Shown piece by piece: positions 8,121 to 17,479 of a stretch of 64,000 nt of DNA. The stretch is taken from the NCBI GenBank assembly GCA_963778655.1, contig CAVZVA010000009.1:1152001-1216000 (forward strand). The letters run 5' to 3'. This DNA comes from an uncultured delta proteobacterium. Its GTDB lineage: Bacteria > Myxococcota_A > Polyangia > Polyangiales > JAFGIB01. Position 1 is the stretch's first letter. Each line of letters begins with the position of its first letter. Both the position numbers and the translations under genes were made by a program. Under the pieces are notes generated by a model, which saw only the letters and a list, made by a program, of their open reading frames with translations, had not been told where the DNA came from and did not search any database.

Positions 8121-11100
8121 ATGCCCGTGGACTCCGAGCCGGCTCTGCCGGAGTCGTACAAGGCCAGCGATTCGGCGATGGCGACGGCCCGCTTCGAGGT
8201 GCTGCGCACGATCGGCGCCGGTGGAATGGGCAGCGTGTTCGAGGTCCGCGACGGCTCCAGCGGCAAGCGCCTGGCGCTCAAGCGCCTGCACGCGCACGTC
8301 GACGACAAGCGCAGGCGGCACATGCTCGACTTGTTCGAACGCGAGTTCTACACGCTTTCGCAGATCGCCCATCCCAACGTGGTCGAGGTCTACGACTACG
8401 GCGTCGACGACCAGGGCGCCTACTACACGATGGAGCTGCTCGACGGCGGCGAGCTGCACCAGCTCGCGCCGCTGCCGGCCGCCCAGGTCTGCCGCATCGG
8501 CCGTGAGCTGTGCTCCGCGCTCTCGCTCTTGCATTCGCGGCGCCTGCTGTTTCGCGACCTCAGCCCGCGCAACGTGCATTGCACCCCGGACGGAGTCGCG
8601 AAGCTGATCGACTTCGGTGCGGTGACGAGCATGGGGCTGCCGCGCAATGTCGTGGGCACGCCCGCCTGCTGCGCGCCCGAAGCGATCGATTTGCAAACGC
8701 TCGACGCGCGCTCCGATCTGTATTCGCTCGGCGCAACCCTGTACTCCGCCCTGACCGGAAGGCACGCGTTTCCGGCGCGCTCGTTCGCGCAGCTGCGGGC
8801 CTTGCTCAAGACGCAGCCGGCGCGGCCCTCGGAGATCATCGCCGATGTCCCTCCAGCGCTCGAAGCCTTGTTGCTCGAGCTCTTGCATGCCGATCCGCAG
8901 CTGCGTCCAGTCAGTGCGCACGAGGTGATGGAACGGCTGGCCGCGATCGAAGGCCGTCCGATCGAGGAATCGCTGCAGGTCAGCCATGCCTACCTGTCGA
9001 CGCCCACCCTGATCGGACGCGACGACCAGCTGGAGCGCGTGCGCCGCAAGCTGCGGCGCGCCGTGCGCGGGCGCGGCTGCGCGCTGCTGATCGACGGTGC
9101 CTCGGGCCAGGGACGGACGCGCATGCTCGCGGCCTGCTCGCTCGAGGCCAAGGTGCTGGGCGCGCTCGTGGTCCAGGCCGACGCGGCGTCCGCCGACCAG
9201 GACTTTGGCGTGGCGCGCAGCCTGGCTTGCGCGCTGCTCGAGCAAGCCCCCGAGCTCTCACGCGAGACCGCTGCCAGCGACTTGCCGGTCCTCGGGCAGC
9301 TCCTGCCGGAGCTGCTCGACGAGCAACCCGCGCTCGTGCTGCAAACGTTCGCGGACGCGACCGAGCGTCGCGCCGCCCTGCTGGCCGCCCTTCGCGAATG
9401 GCTTCTCGCGATCGCGTGCAGGCGACCGTTGCTGATCGCCGTCGACGACCTCGACCGGGTGGACGAGCCTTCGGCCGCACTAGTCGCGCTGTGCGCACAC
9501 TATGCCGGACGCCACGCGCTCGCCGTGCTCGCGACACGCGAGACGAGCTCGGCGGCGAGCATGTCCTCCGCGATCGGCTTGTTCGCGAGCGCTGGAATCG
9601 TCATTTCCTTGCCGGTCCTCAGCGCGCAGCACACCGAGGAGCTGTTGCGCTCGGTATTCGGCGTGGTGCCGAACCTTACGGTGGTGGCGCGCGAGCTTTA
9701 CGCGATCTCCATGGGCAATCCGCGCGACGCGTTGCAGCTCGCCCAGTACCTGGTCGACAAAGGGCTCGCTCAATACCAGTCCGGCGCGTGGTCGCTGCCG
9801 GCGAGCTTCGAGGGCGCGGAGCTGCCTCCAGACATGGCGAACGCGCTCAGCCGCCAGGTGGAGGTGCTGAGCGGGGCCGCGCTAGGGCTCGCACGCCTGA
9901 TCTCGCTGGCACAGGATCGATCGCTCGGCATCGGCGAGTGCGTGGCGGCGTTTTCCGAGCTGCCACCCCCAGCGGTGCACGAAGCCCTGACCGAGCTGAC
10001 TCGCGCCCGGATCACCGACGGCTCGATCGACCGCTTCGCGGTCGCGCAGCGCGGCCTGCACGCAGCGTTGCGGCGCGGCCTTTTGCCCGTCGACCAGCGG
10101 CGCTTGCATCGCAAGCTCGCCGAGCTATTTGCGCGGCGCGGCGACGAAGAGTTCCGCCGCGGAACCCATCTATTGCGTGCCGGCGAGTCGGCCGCCGCGG
10201 TCGACGTGCTCGCGAGCTGGGCGATCGAGTCTCAGCGCGTCACCGATCCCAACCCGATCGAGTTTTTGAAGCTCGTCGCCTCCATGCCTCATGATTGGCT
10301 CCAGACGTTCATCGCCGCAGTCGAGCAGTGCGAGCAGCTGGAGCGCCCCGTCGAGCAGTTGCTCGGGCTGCGCGGCCGGCTCGCGGCCTTGTGCGACGTG
10401 CTGCGCGTGCCGAGCGCGATCACCCGCGCCCAGCTGTCCGCGCTGCTGCGCCAGCTCAGTCGGGACAGCGGTGTGGCCGACTATCACGGTCTCGACCCGG
10501 CGCTGCCTGCCGAAGAGCGGATGACGCGGGCGTTCCAGCTGGCGGCCGCGCGCCACCAGGCTGACCCCACGGGGGCCAAGACGTTCGAGCCTCTGCTGGC
10601 GCTCAAGCTGCTGGTCCGCAGCCAGTTTCTGTCGGCAGGCGTCGCGGTGATCTCCTTCGACCTCCCGTTCTGGTCGGAGCTGCCGTCGCTCACGGCCTAT
10701 GCCCGGCTTTCGCCCGCAATCGGCGTGGTCGACCAGTTCGTCGCGGCCATCGGCACCCGGCTCACCGGACGCATCGAGCAGGCGTTGCAGCTGTACGGCG
10801 CGCTGATCGAGCGTCTCGACCAGCCGGACCACGGCGGGATGGAGGACTCGTACCATCGCTTCGTTCGCTATGGCCTGGCGTACGGCGTGGGGATCCTCGA
10901 GGTCGGGATGGGACGAGCCTCGTGTCTGGCATGGGCGGACGAGGTCGAGCCCGAACCGTTGTACCGCGTCAATGCGTTCCGGATCCGCATGCTGCATCGA
11001 TTATGGCAAGGCCGTACGCGCGAGGCGGACGTCTTGCGCGATCGAATCGAGCTGCTGCGGATCGAGAGTTGCCCGCGCACATTCCAGGACGGCATGCATC

Positions 11101-12248
11101 TGTTTTCGCAGACCATCGTGCACGCCCTGAGCGATGACCTCACGCGTCTCAAGCACATCATCGACGAGGTCGAGGCGATGACGGAGTGGCGCCCGGCATG
11201 GCGTCCGGTTCTGGACTACGCCCTTGGCGAGTACCAGCGCATCCGCGGCGACCGAGAGAGCGCGGCACGGCACTTCGCCGCGGCGCTGGGCGCGACGACG
11301 GCCAGCACTCATCAAGTCTGGGCCTACGCCGCAGGCTCGTATGCGGGCGTTCTGCGCTCGCAGGGACGCGCCGCCGATGCGGTGGCGTTCGCAACCGAGA
11401 GCCTGCGCTCTGCCGAGCAGGCCCAGCTCGGTTACGCCATCCACTTCATCCGCCTGCCGCTCGCGCTGGCTCTTGCGGATACTGGCGCGTTCGATCGCGC
11501 TGCAGCGCTGGCAGACGAAGTCATCGCACAGGTGATCGCCTCCGGCAGCGAAGGGGTGGCGCGCGGCTTGGCCTTCGACGTGCGCGCGCGGATCGCGATT
11601 CGCGCTCAAGATACGCCAGCATACGAAGCGGTCTTGCGCCGCTACACCGAACACGCGCGCGAGCTCGACAGCCCGATGCTTCGCGCCAATTGCGCGCGGC
11701 TCGCACGCGTGGCCCGGCGTGCGATGCGCAGCTCGCGAGAGGTCGTCGAGGACCTCAACACGAGCAGCGCCGAGCTGAGCTCGTTCCTGGAGGGGTGCAG
11801 CGACGGATCCGACTACGCGGTGCGGGTGTTGCAGTTGCTCTTGCGCGCAAGTGGCGCGCGCTCCGGCTTTCTGTATTGGGTCTCCAATGGCGGCCCCACG
11901 CTCGCCGCGCAGGTCGGGGAACAGGCCGCGCCGGAAAGTCTCACGGGCTCGATCAGCGAATTCATCGACGCCGAGCTGCAGGCGAGCGAGCTGGAGACGA
12001 AGACCGAAGCCGCTGGCGGTGGCGCTTGCGGCAAGGGCACCACCGCGGATGCGCAATCCGCGATGGAGGAGAACCATCGGCTGGTCCTGCTGTGCCACCG
12101 CAGCCAGCACGGGCTCGTGGTGACGGGTGTGGCCGCGCTCTGCCCCGGAACCACTGCGCCGTTCGTCTATCCCGTCGAGATCGCGACGCGCTTGAGTGAG
12201 CTGTCGTTTGGAGCGGGCATGGCGCTTCCGATTACGATCAGCACCTAG
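8121..12248 (+). CDS. Ser/Thr protein kinase fused to AAA/STAND-like ATPase, helical (TPR-like) region and possible GAF-like C-terminus
   Basis: IGAGGMGSV, ALK, RDLSPRN, DFG, APE, DLYSLG; LIGRDDQLE, GASGQGRT and LLIAVDDL Walker-like motifs; GNP motif. Confidence 0.88.
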   Translation: MPVDSEPALPESYKASDSAMATARFEVLRTIGAGGMGSVFEVRDGSSGKRLALKRLHAHVDDKRRRHMLDLFEREFYTLSQIAHPNVVEVYDYGVDDQGAYYTMELLDGGELHQLAPLPAAQVCRIGRELCSALSLLHSRRLLFRDLSPRNVHCTPDGVAKLIDFGAVTSMGLPRNVVGTPACCAPEAIDLQTLDARSDLYSLGATLYSALTGRHAFPARSFAQLRALLKTQPARPSEIIADVPPALEALLLELLHADPQLRPVSAHEVMERLAAIEGRPIEESLQVSHAYLSTPTLIGRDDQLERVRRKLRRAVRGRGCALLIDGASGQGRTRMLAACSLEAKVLGALVVQADAASADQDFGVARSLACALLEQAPELSRETAASDLPVLGQLLPELLDEQPALVLQTFADATERRAALLAALREWLLAIACRRPLLIAVDDLDRVDEPSAALVALCAHYAGRHALAVLATRETSSAASMSSAIGLFASAGIVISLPVLSAQHTEELLRSVFGVVPNLTVVARELYAISMGNPRDALQLAQYLVDKGLAQYQSGAWSLPASFEGAELPPDMANALSRQVEVLSGAALGLARLISLAQDRSLGIGECVAAFSELPPPAVHEALTELTRARITDGSIDRFAVAQRGLHAALRRGLLPVDQRRLHRKLAELFARRGDEEFRRGTHLLRAGESAAAVDVLASWAIESQRVTDPNPIEFLKLVASMPHDWLQTFIAAVEQCEQLERPVEQLLGLRGRLAALCDVLRVPSAITRAQLSALLRQLSRDSGVADYHGLDPALPAEERMTRAFQLAAARHQADPTGAKTFEPLLALKLLVRSQFLSAGVAVISFDLPFWSELPSLTAYARLSPAIGVVDQFVAAIGTRLTGRIEQALQLYGALIERLDQPDHGGMEDSYHRFVRYGLAYGVGILEVGMGRASCLAWADEVEPEPLYRVNAFRIRMLHRLWQGRTREADVLRDRIELLRIESCPRTFQDGMHLFSQTIVHALSDDLTRLKHIIDEVEAMTEWRPAWRPVLDYALGEYQRIRGDRESAARHFAAALGATTASTHQVWAYAAGSYAGVLRSQGRAADAVAFATESLRSAEQAQLGYAIHFIRLPLALALADTGAFDRAAALADEVIAQVIASGSEGVARGLAFDVRARIAIRAQDTPAYEAVLRRYTEHARELDSPMLRANCARLARVARRAMRSSREVVEDLNTSSAELSSFLEGCSDGSDYAVRVLQLLLRASGARSGFLYWVSNGGPTLAAQVGEQAAPESLTGSISEFIDAELQASELETKTEAAGGGACGKGTTADAQSAMEENHRLVLLCHRSQHGLVVTGVAALCPGTTAPFVYPVEIATRLSELSFGAGMALPITIST

Positions 12249-12451
12249 CTCGACAGGCGAGACCTTCGATAGGAGGTCATCAATCACGGACGGATCTAGC
12301 GAAGACAGCCTACGAGGCTACCGCAATCGCGTCGATGGGCGACGATCGCGGTCCGGCGGGTGCAGCTTCCCGCGGGCTCTGAGTGCTTCCGGGACCTTGC
12401 TGCACCCCATCCTCGCTTTCGAATCTCGTTGGGGTCGCCAGGGTAGGGGAA

Positions 12452-12489
12452 GAGGCGCTCTCGGTCGTCGCAAGCACTGAGGGCGCTTC
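12452..12489 (+). terminator. Hairpin just outside the distal att site; likely the original tRNA-Glu downstream stem-loop
   Basis: GAGGCGCTCTCGGT...ACTGAGGGCGCTTC; the three non-Watson-Crick pairs are G-U on the + strand. No clear U-tract. Confidence 0.45.
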
Positions 12490-12657
12490 TCGCCTGGCAC
12501 GCGTTCGCGGCTGTGGTGGCGGTGGCCACCCGGTTGGTGGCGCTGGCCGCGCCGCGCGCGGCGCCGGAGCCGTTTGGGGCCCCTGGTGCGCGTGCGCGCC
12601 CTGGCATGCCGGTTGCAGCCCATCGCTCGCATGCATGACACGAGCACGGGGTGCGAC

Positions 12658-14205
12658 ATGAAGCGACAAGCGATTCCACGGTGTGCGGGCGTCCTTCAGC
12701 GCCGCCCGAGCTGGCTGCTGTTGAGCGCGCTGGGATGCGCGGCGGTGCTTGCGCGCCCACTGCCCGCGGCCGCCGCCGAGCCCGACCTGCAGGCGCTGCG
12801 GCTCTCACTCGCGCACTACGACCTCACGCAGGGCGGCTCAGGCACGCTGCAGACCCTGCGTGCGCTCGGCGAAGCCAGCGAGCACAGCAGCGGGCGCAGC
12901 CGCGACGAGGCGCGCTTCCTGCGCGTGGCCGTGGCCAGCGATCTGGTGATCCTGTCGCAGCTCGACGGCGACAATGACCTTGCAGCCGGCGTGGCCGCCG
13001 CGCTCGGCGTGGCGCCCGCGGCGCTGCAGGGCCAGCTCTCGAGCGAGCTCAACGAGCTCGCGCGCGGCCAGTTCCGCGCGCCCGCGCTGGAGGCGCTGGA
13101 GACGCTCGCGCGCCTGCGCGCACCCGCGCTGGCGCCGTGGCAGGAGCCGCAGTCGGTGGGCTCGGCCAAGCGCGACCTGCTCTACTTGCGCGCCGCGGTC
13201 GCCCGGCTCGACCAAGACGATGCGGTGAGCGGCCTGGCCTCGCTGTCGGTCGATCCCTGTGCTGCCAAGCCCGCGTGCGCCGCGCCCTTCGCCGCGTTCG
13301 ATGCACGCGGGCGGCGCGCGGTGGCGGCGCTGGCCGAGGCCGGGCGCGCCCTGGCTCGGCTGCGTGCGGCCGCCACCACGGGCGATCCGCTGGTGAGCGC
13401 GCTGGGCTCGCGTCTGGACGCCTTGGAGGTCGAGCTCCGGCTCGCCGCGCTACACCCGATGCCGCGGCTCGACGCCGCCGCGTCCGCGGACGCGAGCGGT
13501 ACGAGCGCAGCCGGCACGCCCGACGTGGTGCTGTTTGTGGGTGCCACAGGGATTCGCTGGGGCTTCACCCCGCACGCGCGGCTCGGCGCCGATGGTGCGA
13601 TCGCGCTGAGCGCGTTGGCGCAGCCCATGCTGCCCGCGACCGCCCCGCTGCCGCTGCCGCACAAGCTGCCGCCGTTCTGGCTGGTGCCGCTGCCCGGCGT
13701 GGTGCAGCCGCTGGGCGCCGCGCTCGCGCGCGAGCCCTCGCTGCGCGTGGGTCTGGCGGCCGAGGCGGCCGGCGATGGTGATCTGCTGGCGCGCGCGCTG
13801 GTGTCGGTGCGGCGCGTGGGCTGCCAGCAGATCACGCTGCTGGCAGCCGGCGAGCAAGGCCTCACCTCGGGCATGCCGCTGTCGCTGCTGTCGAAGCTGG
13901 AGGCGGACCAGACGCCGCCCGCGGCGCTGCGCGTGAGCCTGCGCCCGGGCCGCTCGGAGGCGCGCCTGTCCGGACGCGAGGTGGCGCTGCAGGATCTCGC
14001 GCTCGAGCCACAGGCGCAGCGCGTCGCCAGCGCGGACGTCAGCTTCGTGCCGCAGATGGAGCCGGCGGGGCTGGCCGCGGCGCTGTTCCAGGTGGCGCCC
14101 GCTGCCGGCTCGACCCGGCTGCTGCTGCCCGCGAGCGCGCTCGACCAGTGCACCGCGTTCAAGCGCGAGCTACTCGCCCTGCGCGGCGCCCCCAGCGGCC
14201 GCTGA
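12658..14205 (+). CDS. Exported hypothetical protein; C-terminal half weakly ExbD/TolR-periplasmic-like
   Basis: Signal peptide (...LLLSALGCAAVLARPLPAAAA); long ORF with GC-rich third positions; LRVGLAAEAAGDGDLLARALVSVRRVG. Confidence 0.6.
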   Translation: MKRQAIPRCAGVLQRRPSWLLLSALGCAAVLARPLPAAAAEPDLQALRLSLAHYDLTQGGSGTLQTLRALGEASEHSSGRSRDEARFLRVAVASDLVILSQLDGDNDLAAGVAAALGVAPAALQGQLSSELNELARGQFRAPALEALETLARLRAPALAPWQEPQSVGSAKRDLLYLRAAVARLDQDDAVSGLASLSVDPCAAKPACAAPFAAFDARGRRAVAALAEAGRALARLRAAATTGDPLVSALGSRLDALEVELRLAALHPMPRLDAAASADASGTSAAGTPDVVLFVGATGIRWGFTPHARLGADGAIALSALAQPMLPATAPLPLPHKLPPFWLVPLPGVVQPLGAALAREPSLRVGLAAEAAGDGDLLARALVSVRRVGCQQITLLAAGEQGLTSGMPLSLLSKLEADQTPPAALRVSLRPGRSEARLSGREVALQDLALEPQAQRVASADVSFVPQMEPAGLAAALFQVAPAAGSTRLLLPASALDQCTAFKRELLALRGAPSGR

Positions 14206-14215
14206 GCGCGGTCGT

Positions 14216-14758
14216 TCAGCGCCGTGGCCGGTGGTGGAACTCCGAGAGGTGGGTGATGTACCAGTGGCCTTGCCACGCAATCATCACGCGCACCTCGAGG
14301 CTGTGCTCGCTGCCGCCCACGCGATAGACCAGCGTGTTGTGGCGCTGCGCCCAGTAGGGCAGGCGGTTGGCCTCTTCGCCCGGCAGCACCCAGCTCCTGC
14401 GCCGTGACAGCTGCAGCCGCACGAAGCTCGCGTGCTGCAGCTCCGGCGTGGCCGCGTGCAGCGCGCGGATGTCGCGCTGGTAGGCGCGCAGCAACCCGTC
14501 GTAGATGGCATCCGGATCGGCCGCGGCCTTGATCTTGCGGAACGCTCCGCGCGGCAGAAAGAAGTCGAGCGCGCTCGCCGGCTCACCGCTCACCAGCGCA
14601 GCGAACAACGCCCGCGCGCGCTCGGCCGCATCGCCTAGCGGCGGACGCGGCGGCGGCGCCGGCTCGCCTGCAGGCGCTTTCTGCGCACCGGCCGCGCGAG
14701 GTTCTGCCGGACCGCACAGCGCCATCACCACCCCGAGCCCGAGCAGGCTGCGTCTCAC
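14216..14758 (-). CDS. Exported hypothetical protein
   Basis: Signal-like N-terminus; globular composition; convergent with the upstream gene. Confidence 0.65.
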   Translation of the reverse strand: MRRSLLGLGVVMALCGPAEPRAAGAQKAPAGEPAPPPRPPLGDAAERARALFAALVSGEPASALDFFLPRGAFRKIKAAADPDAIYDGLLRAYQRDIRALHAATPELQHASFVRLQLSRRRSWVLPGEEANRLPYWAQRHNTLVYRVGGSEHSLEVRVMIAWQGHWYITHLSEFHHRPRR

Positions 14759-14857
14759 CCAGAGGTGGTAGCACGACCGCGACCACGCTTGGGCCGGCGA
14801 TTGAAGGTCTGCGGGCGGCGTGTGAGCGAAGCGAGCCGAGCCCCCCTCCCGGTAACC

Positions 14858-15352
14858 TCAGCTCGCCCTGTCCCAGGCCGCCTTGACGCGTTTGAAGGTC
14901 TCGATCGCACGCTCGTTGAGCTCGAGCGCCTTCTCGCTCACCAGCCGTTCGTGCAGCTTCTTCGGATCCTTCTCCCAGCCGCGCGGCAGCTCGAACTGCA
15001 CCGTGAACGGCACGCCCGAGAGCATGCCCTGCTCCTCCAGCGCCCACAGCGCCTCGGCCGCCAGGAACTGCCCCGCGATTGCGCGGTAGCGCGGATCGAG
15101 CTGGTTGGAGAGCGGGAACAGATCGTAGACCGTCACGCGTCCGTCATGGATCTGCAGGTGCTTCCGCAGCGCCGCGAACGCCGCGGGCGCAATCGGCAGC
15201 TCGACCAGGTCCAGGCCCTCGGTCTGCTCGCCCTCCGAGGCGCGCAGCGCGCGCTCCATCGCGTCGCCGTGGCCCAGCGTGATCGCGGCCGGTCGTGCCG
15301 AAGCGTCGCAGATAGCGGTCAAGATCAAGAAGGGGTGCTCGGAAGGGGTCAT
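14858..15352 (-). CDS. Hypothetical cytoplasmic protein
   Basis: MTPSEHPFLILTAICD...; protein-like composition; start at ATG 15352 within ORF 14858..15535. Confidence 0.7.
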   Translation of the reverse strand: MTPSEHPFLILTAICDASARPAAITLGHGDAMERALRASEGEQTEGLDLVELPIAPAAFAALRKHLQIHDGRVTVYDLFPLSNQLDPRYRAIAGQFLAAEALWALEEQGMLSGVPFTVQFELPRGWEKDPKKLHERLVSEKALELNERAIETFKRVKAAWDRAS

Positions 15353-15479
15353 GGTGCTCGTGCGTGGGGGTGCGGAGAATCGGCCGCCAAAATTGGCGAA
15401 TTCCCGGCGCGAGCGCAAGCCCACGGCGGGGGCGCGTGGAACCGGGCCAGCCGGCGTTGCACAGCCGGGGTTTTGCCCC

Positions 15480-16097
15480 ATGATCTCGCCGCCGATGTTG
15501 CTGGCGATCAACAGCAGGAATCCGGAACCGCGCAAGATCGAGCGCGCGCTCGAGCTAATGCGCCGGGGGGGCGTGATCGCCTATCCGACCGACACCGTCT
15601 ATGGCCTGGGCTGCGACATCACCGACAAGCGCGCGGTCGAACGCATCTACCGCATGAAGGGCATGCGCGACGATCAGCTGCTGTCGTTCGTCTGCCCCGA
15701 TCTGAGCGAGGTGGCGCGCTACGGCGTCGTGCAGGACTCGGCCTACCGCATCATGCGGCGGCTGCTGCCCGGACCCTATACCTTCATCCTGCAGGCCACC
15801 CGCGAGGTGCCGAAGGTGTTGCGGCTCAAGCGCAAGACCGTGGGCATTCGCATGCCCGATCACCCGGTGGCGCTGGCGCTGGCGCGTGGGCTGGGCAGCC
15901 CGGTGGCGTCGACCAGCGCTTCGATCGACGGCGAGATCTTGATCGACCCGCGCGAGATCGAGGAGCGCTTTCGCGGGCTCGACCTGGTGCTCGACGCCGA
16001 AGGCGTGGGGCTGACCCCGTCGACCATCATCGACCTGTCGGGCGACGCCCCGGTGGTCGTGCGCGAGGGGGCGGGCAAGGTGGACTTCTTGCATTGA
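15480..16097 (+). CDS. Sua5/YrdC/YciO family threonylcarbamoyl-AMP synthase
   Basis: GGVIAYPTDTVYGLGC, PGPYTFIL, TVGIRMPDHP, STSA, PSTIIDL. YciO-like subgroup likely; alternative ATG 15495. Confidence 0.9.
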   Translation: MISPPMLLAINSRNPEPRKIERALELMRRGGVIAYPTDTVYGLGCDITDKRAVERIYRMKGMRDDQLLSFVCPDLSEVARYGVVQDSAYRIMRRLLPGPYTFILQATREVPKVLRLKRKTVGIRMPDHPVALALARGLGSPVASTSASIDGEILIDPREIEERFRGLDLVLDAEGVGLTPSTIIDLSGDAPVVVREGAGKVDFLH

Positions 16098-16232
16098 GGC
16101 GAGCAGGTCGATGCAACAGCAAGACGGAAGGCTGGGAGCCAAAGACTCCGGGATCTGAGCCGTGCTTCCCGTCTGCCCGTCGTGCTGGGATCCTCTGGAT
16201 CGGAATGACGGGGATCCGGAGCCGGTTCAGAT

Positions 16233-17435
16233 TCAGAGCAGGGGGACCACGCGGTCGAGGATGCGGTGGGCCAGGGCGAGCTTGGTCATCTGGGGGAGGG
16301 GCTCGTCGCCTTGGGGGCTGATCAGGATGGCCTGGGTGTCGTCACGGCCGAAGGCGACCGCGGCCTCGTTGGCCACGATCAGGTCGCACTTCTTCTGCTC
16401 GAGCTTGCGCCGTCCATAGGCCGCGAGGTCCTGCGTCTCCATGGCGAAGCCGACCAGCACCGGGCGCGAGCCCGTGCGCCGCGCGCCCAGCTCGGCGAGG
16501 ATGTCGGGGTTCTTCACCAGCTCGAGCTGCGTGTGCTCGCCCTTCTTCTTGATCTTCGCGCTTTCGACACGGGCGGGCCGATAGTCCGCCACGGCGGCCG
16601 TCATCACCACCACGTCGGCGTCGCCGAGCGCGCCCTCGATCGCGGCCTGCATCTGCAGCGCCGAGCGCACGTCGATGATCTCGATCTGCGCCGGGCGTGG
16701 GGCCGAGGTCGGCCCGCACACCAGGATCACGCGTGCGCCGCGTGCTTGCGCTGCGGCCGCGAGCGCGAACCCCATACGCCCGCTCGAGCGGTTGCTGATG
16801 AAGCGCACCGGGTCGAGATCCTCGGCCGTGGGACCGGCGCTGACCAGCACGGTCTTGCCCTGCAGGTCGCGCGCGTGAGCCGGCTCGGCGCCGGCGTCTA
16901 GCGCGGCCTGCAGCGCGTCGGCGATCGCTTCGGGCTCGGCCATGCGCCCCATGCCCTGCTCGCCGCTGGCAAGCGCGCCCTGCACCGGCCCGACCATGGC
17001 CGCGCCGTCCTGCAGCAGCCGCTGCACGTTGCGTTGCGTCGCGGCCGCGCGCCACATCCGCTCGTGCATCGCGGGCGCGTACAGCACCGGGCAAGCGCTG
17101 CAGCACAGCGTGGCCAGCACTGCGTCGTCCGCCATCCCGGCTGCCGCCCGCGCCAGCAGGTTGGCGGTCGCGGGCGCCACCAGCAGCGCCTCGGCCCACT
17201 GCCCGAGCTCGACGTGGGCCTCGCCCGGGTGGCTCGGGTCCCACAGGTCGACCAGCGCGGGCCGGCCGCTCAGCCCGCTGAAGGTGACGGCGCCCACGAA
17301 GCGGGTGGCGCTGCGGGTCATCGCCACGCGCACCTCGGCGCCGCGCCGCTGCAGCTCGCGCAGCAGCGCCACCGCCTTGAAGGCCGCGATGCCGCCGCCC
17401 ACGCCGAGCACCACGCGCTTGCCGGAAAGCCCCAT
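16233..17435 (-). CDS. coaBC: Bifunctional phosphopantothenoylcysteine decarboxylase/synthetase
   Basis: GGIAAFKA, APATAN, PAMH, DPVRFISNRSSGRMG, AAVADYRP, VGFAMET. Confidence 0.96.
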   Translation of the reverse strand: MGLSGKRVVLGVGGGIAAFKAVALLRELQRRGAEVRVAMTRSATRFVGAVTFSGLSGRPALVDLWDPSHPGEAHVELGQWAEALLVAPATANLLARAAAGMADDAVLATLCCSACPVLYAPAMHERMWRAAATQRNVQRLLQDGAAMVGPVQGALASGEQGMGRMAEPEAIADALQAALDAGAEPAHARDLQGKTVLVSAGPTAEDLDPVRFISNRSSGRMGFALAAAAQARGARVILVCGPTSAPRPAQIEIIDVRSALQMQAAIEGALGDADVVVMTAAVADYRPARVESAKIKKKGEHTQLELVKNPDILAELGARRTGSRPVLVGFAMETQDLAAYGRRKLEQKKCDLIVANEAAVAFGRDDTQAILISPQGDEPLPQMTKLALAHRILDRVVPLL

Positions 17436-17479
17436 CAGCGCTTCATCCTACTCCGTGCCGCCGCGGCGTCGACCCACGG

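Larger units (their letters stand above)
2908..12441. mobile_element. Decayed integrative genomic island at tRNA-Glu (attL/attR direct repeats)
   Basis: TTCGAATCTCGTTGGGGTCGCCAG occurs identically at 2908-2931 and 12418-12441; integrase remnant next to the tRNA. Confidence 0.85.
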
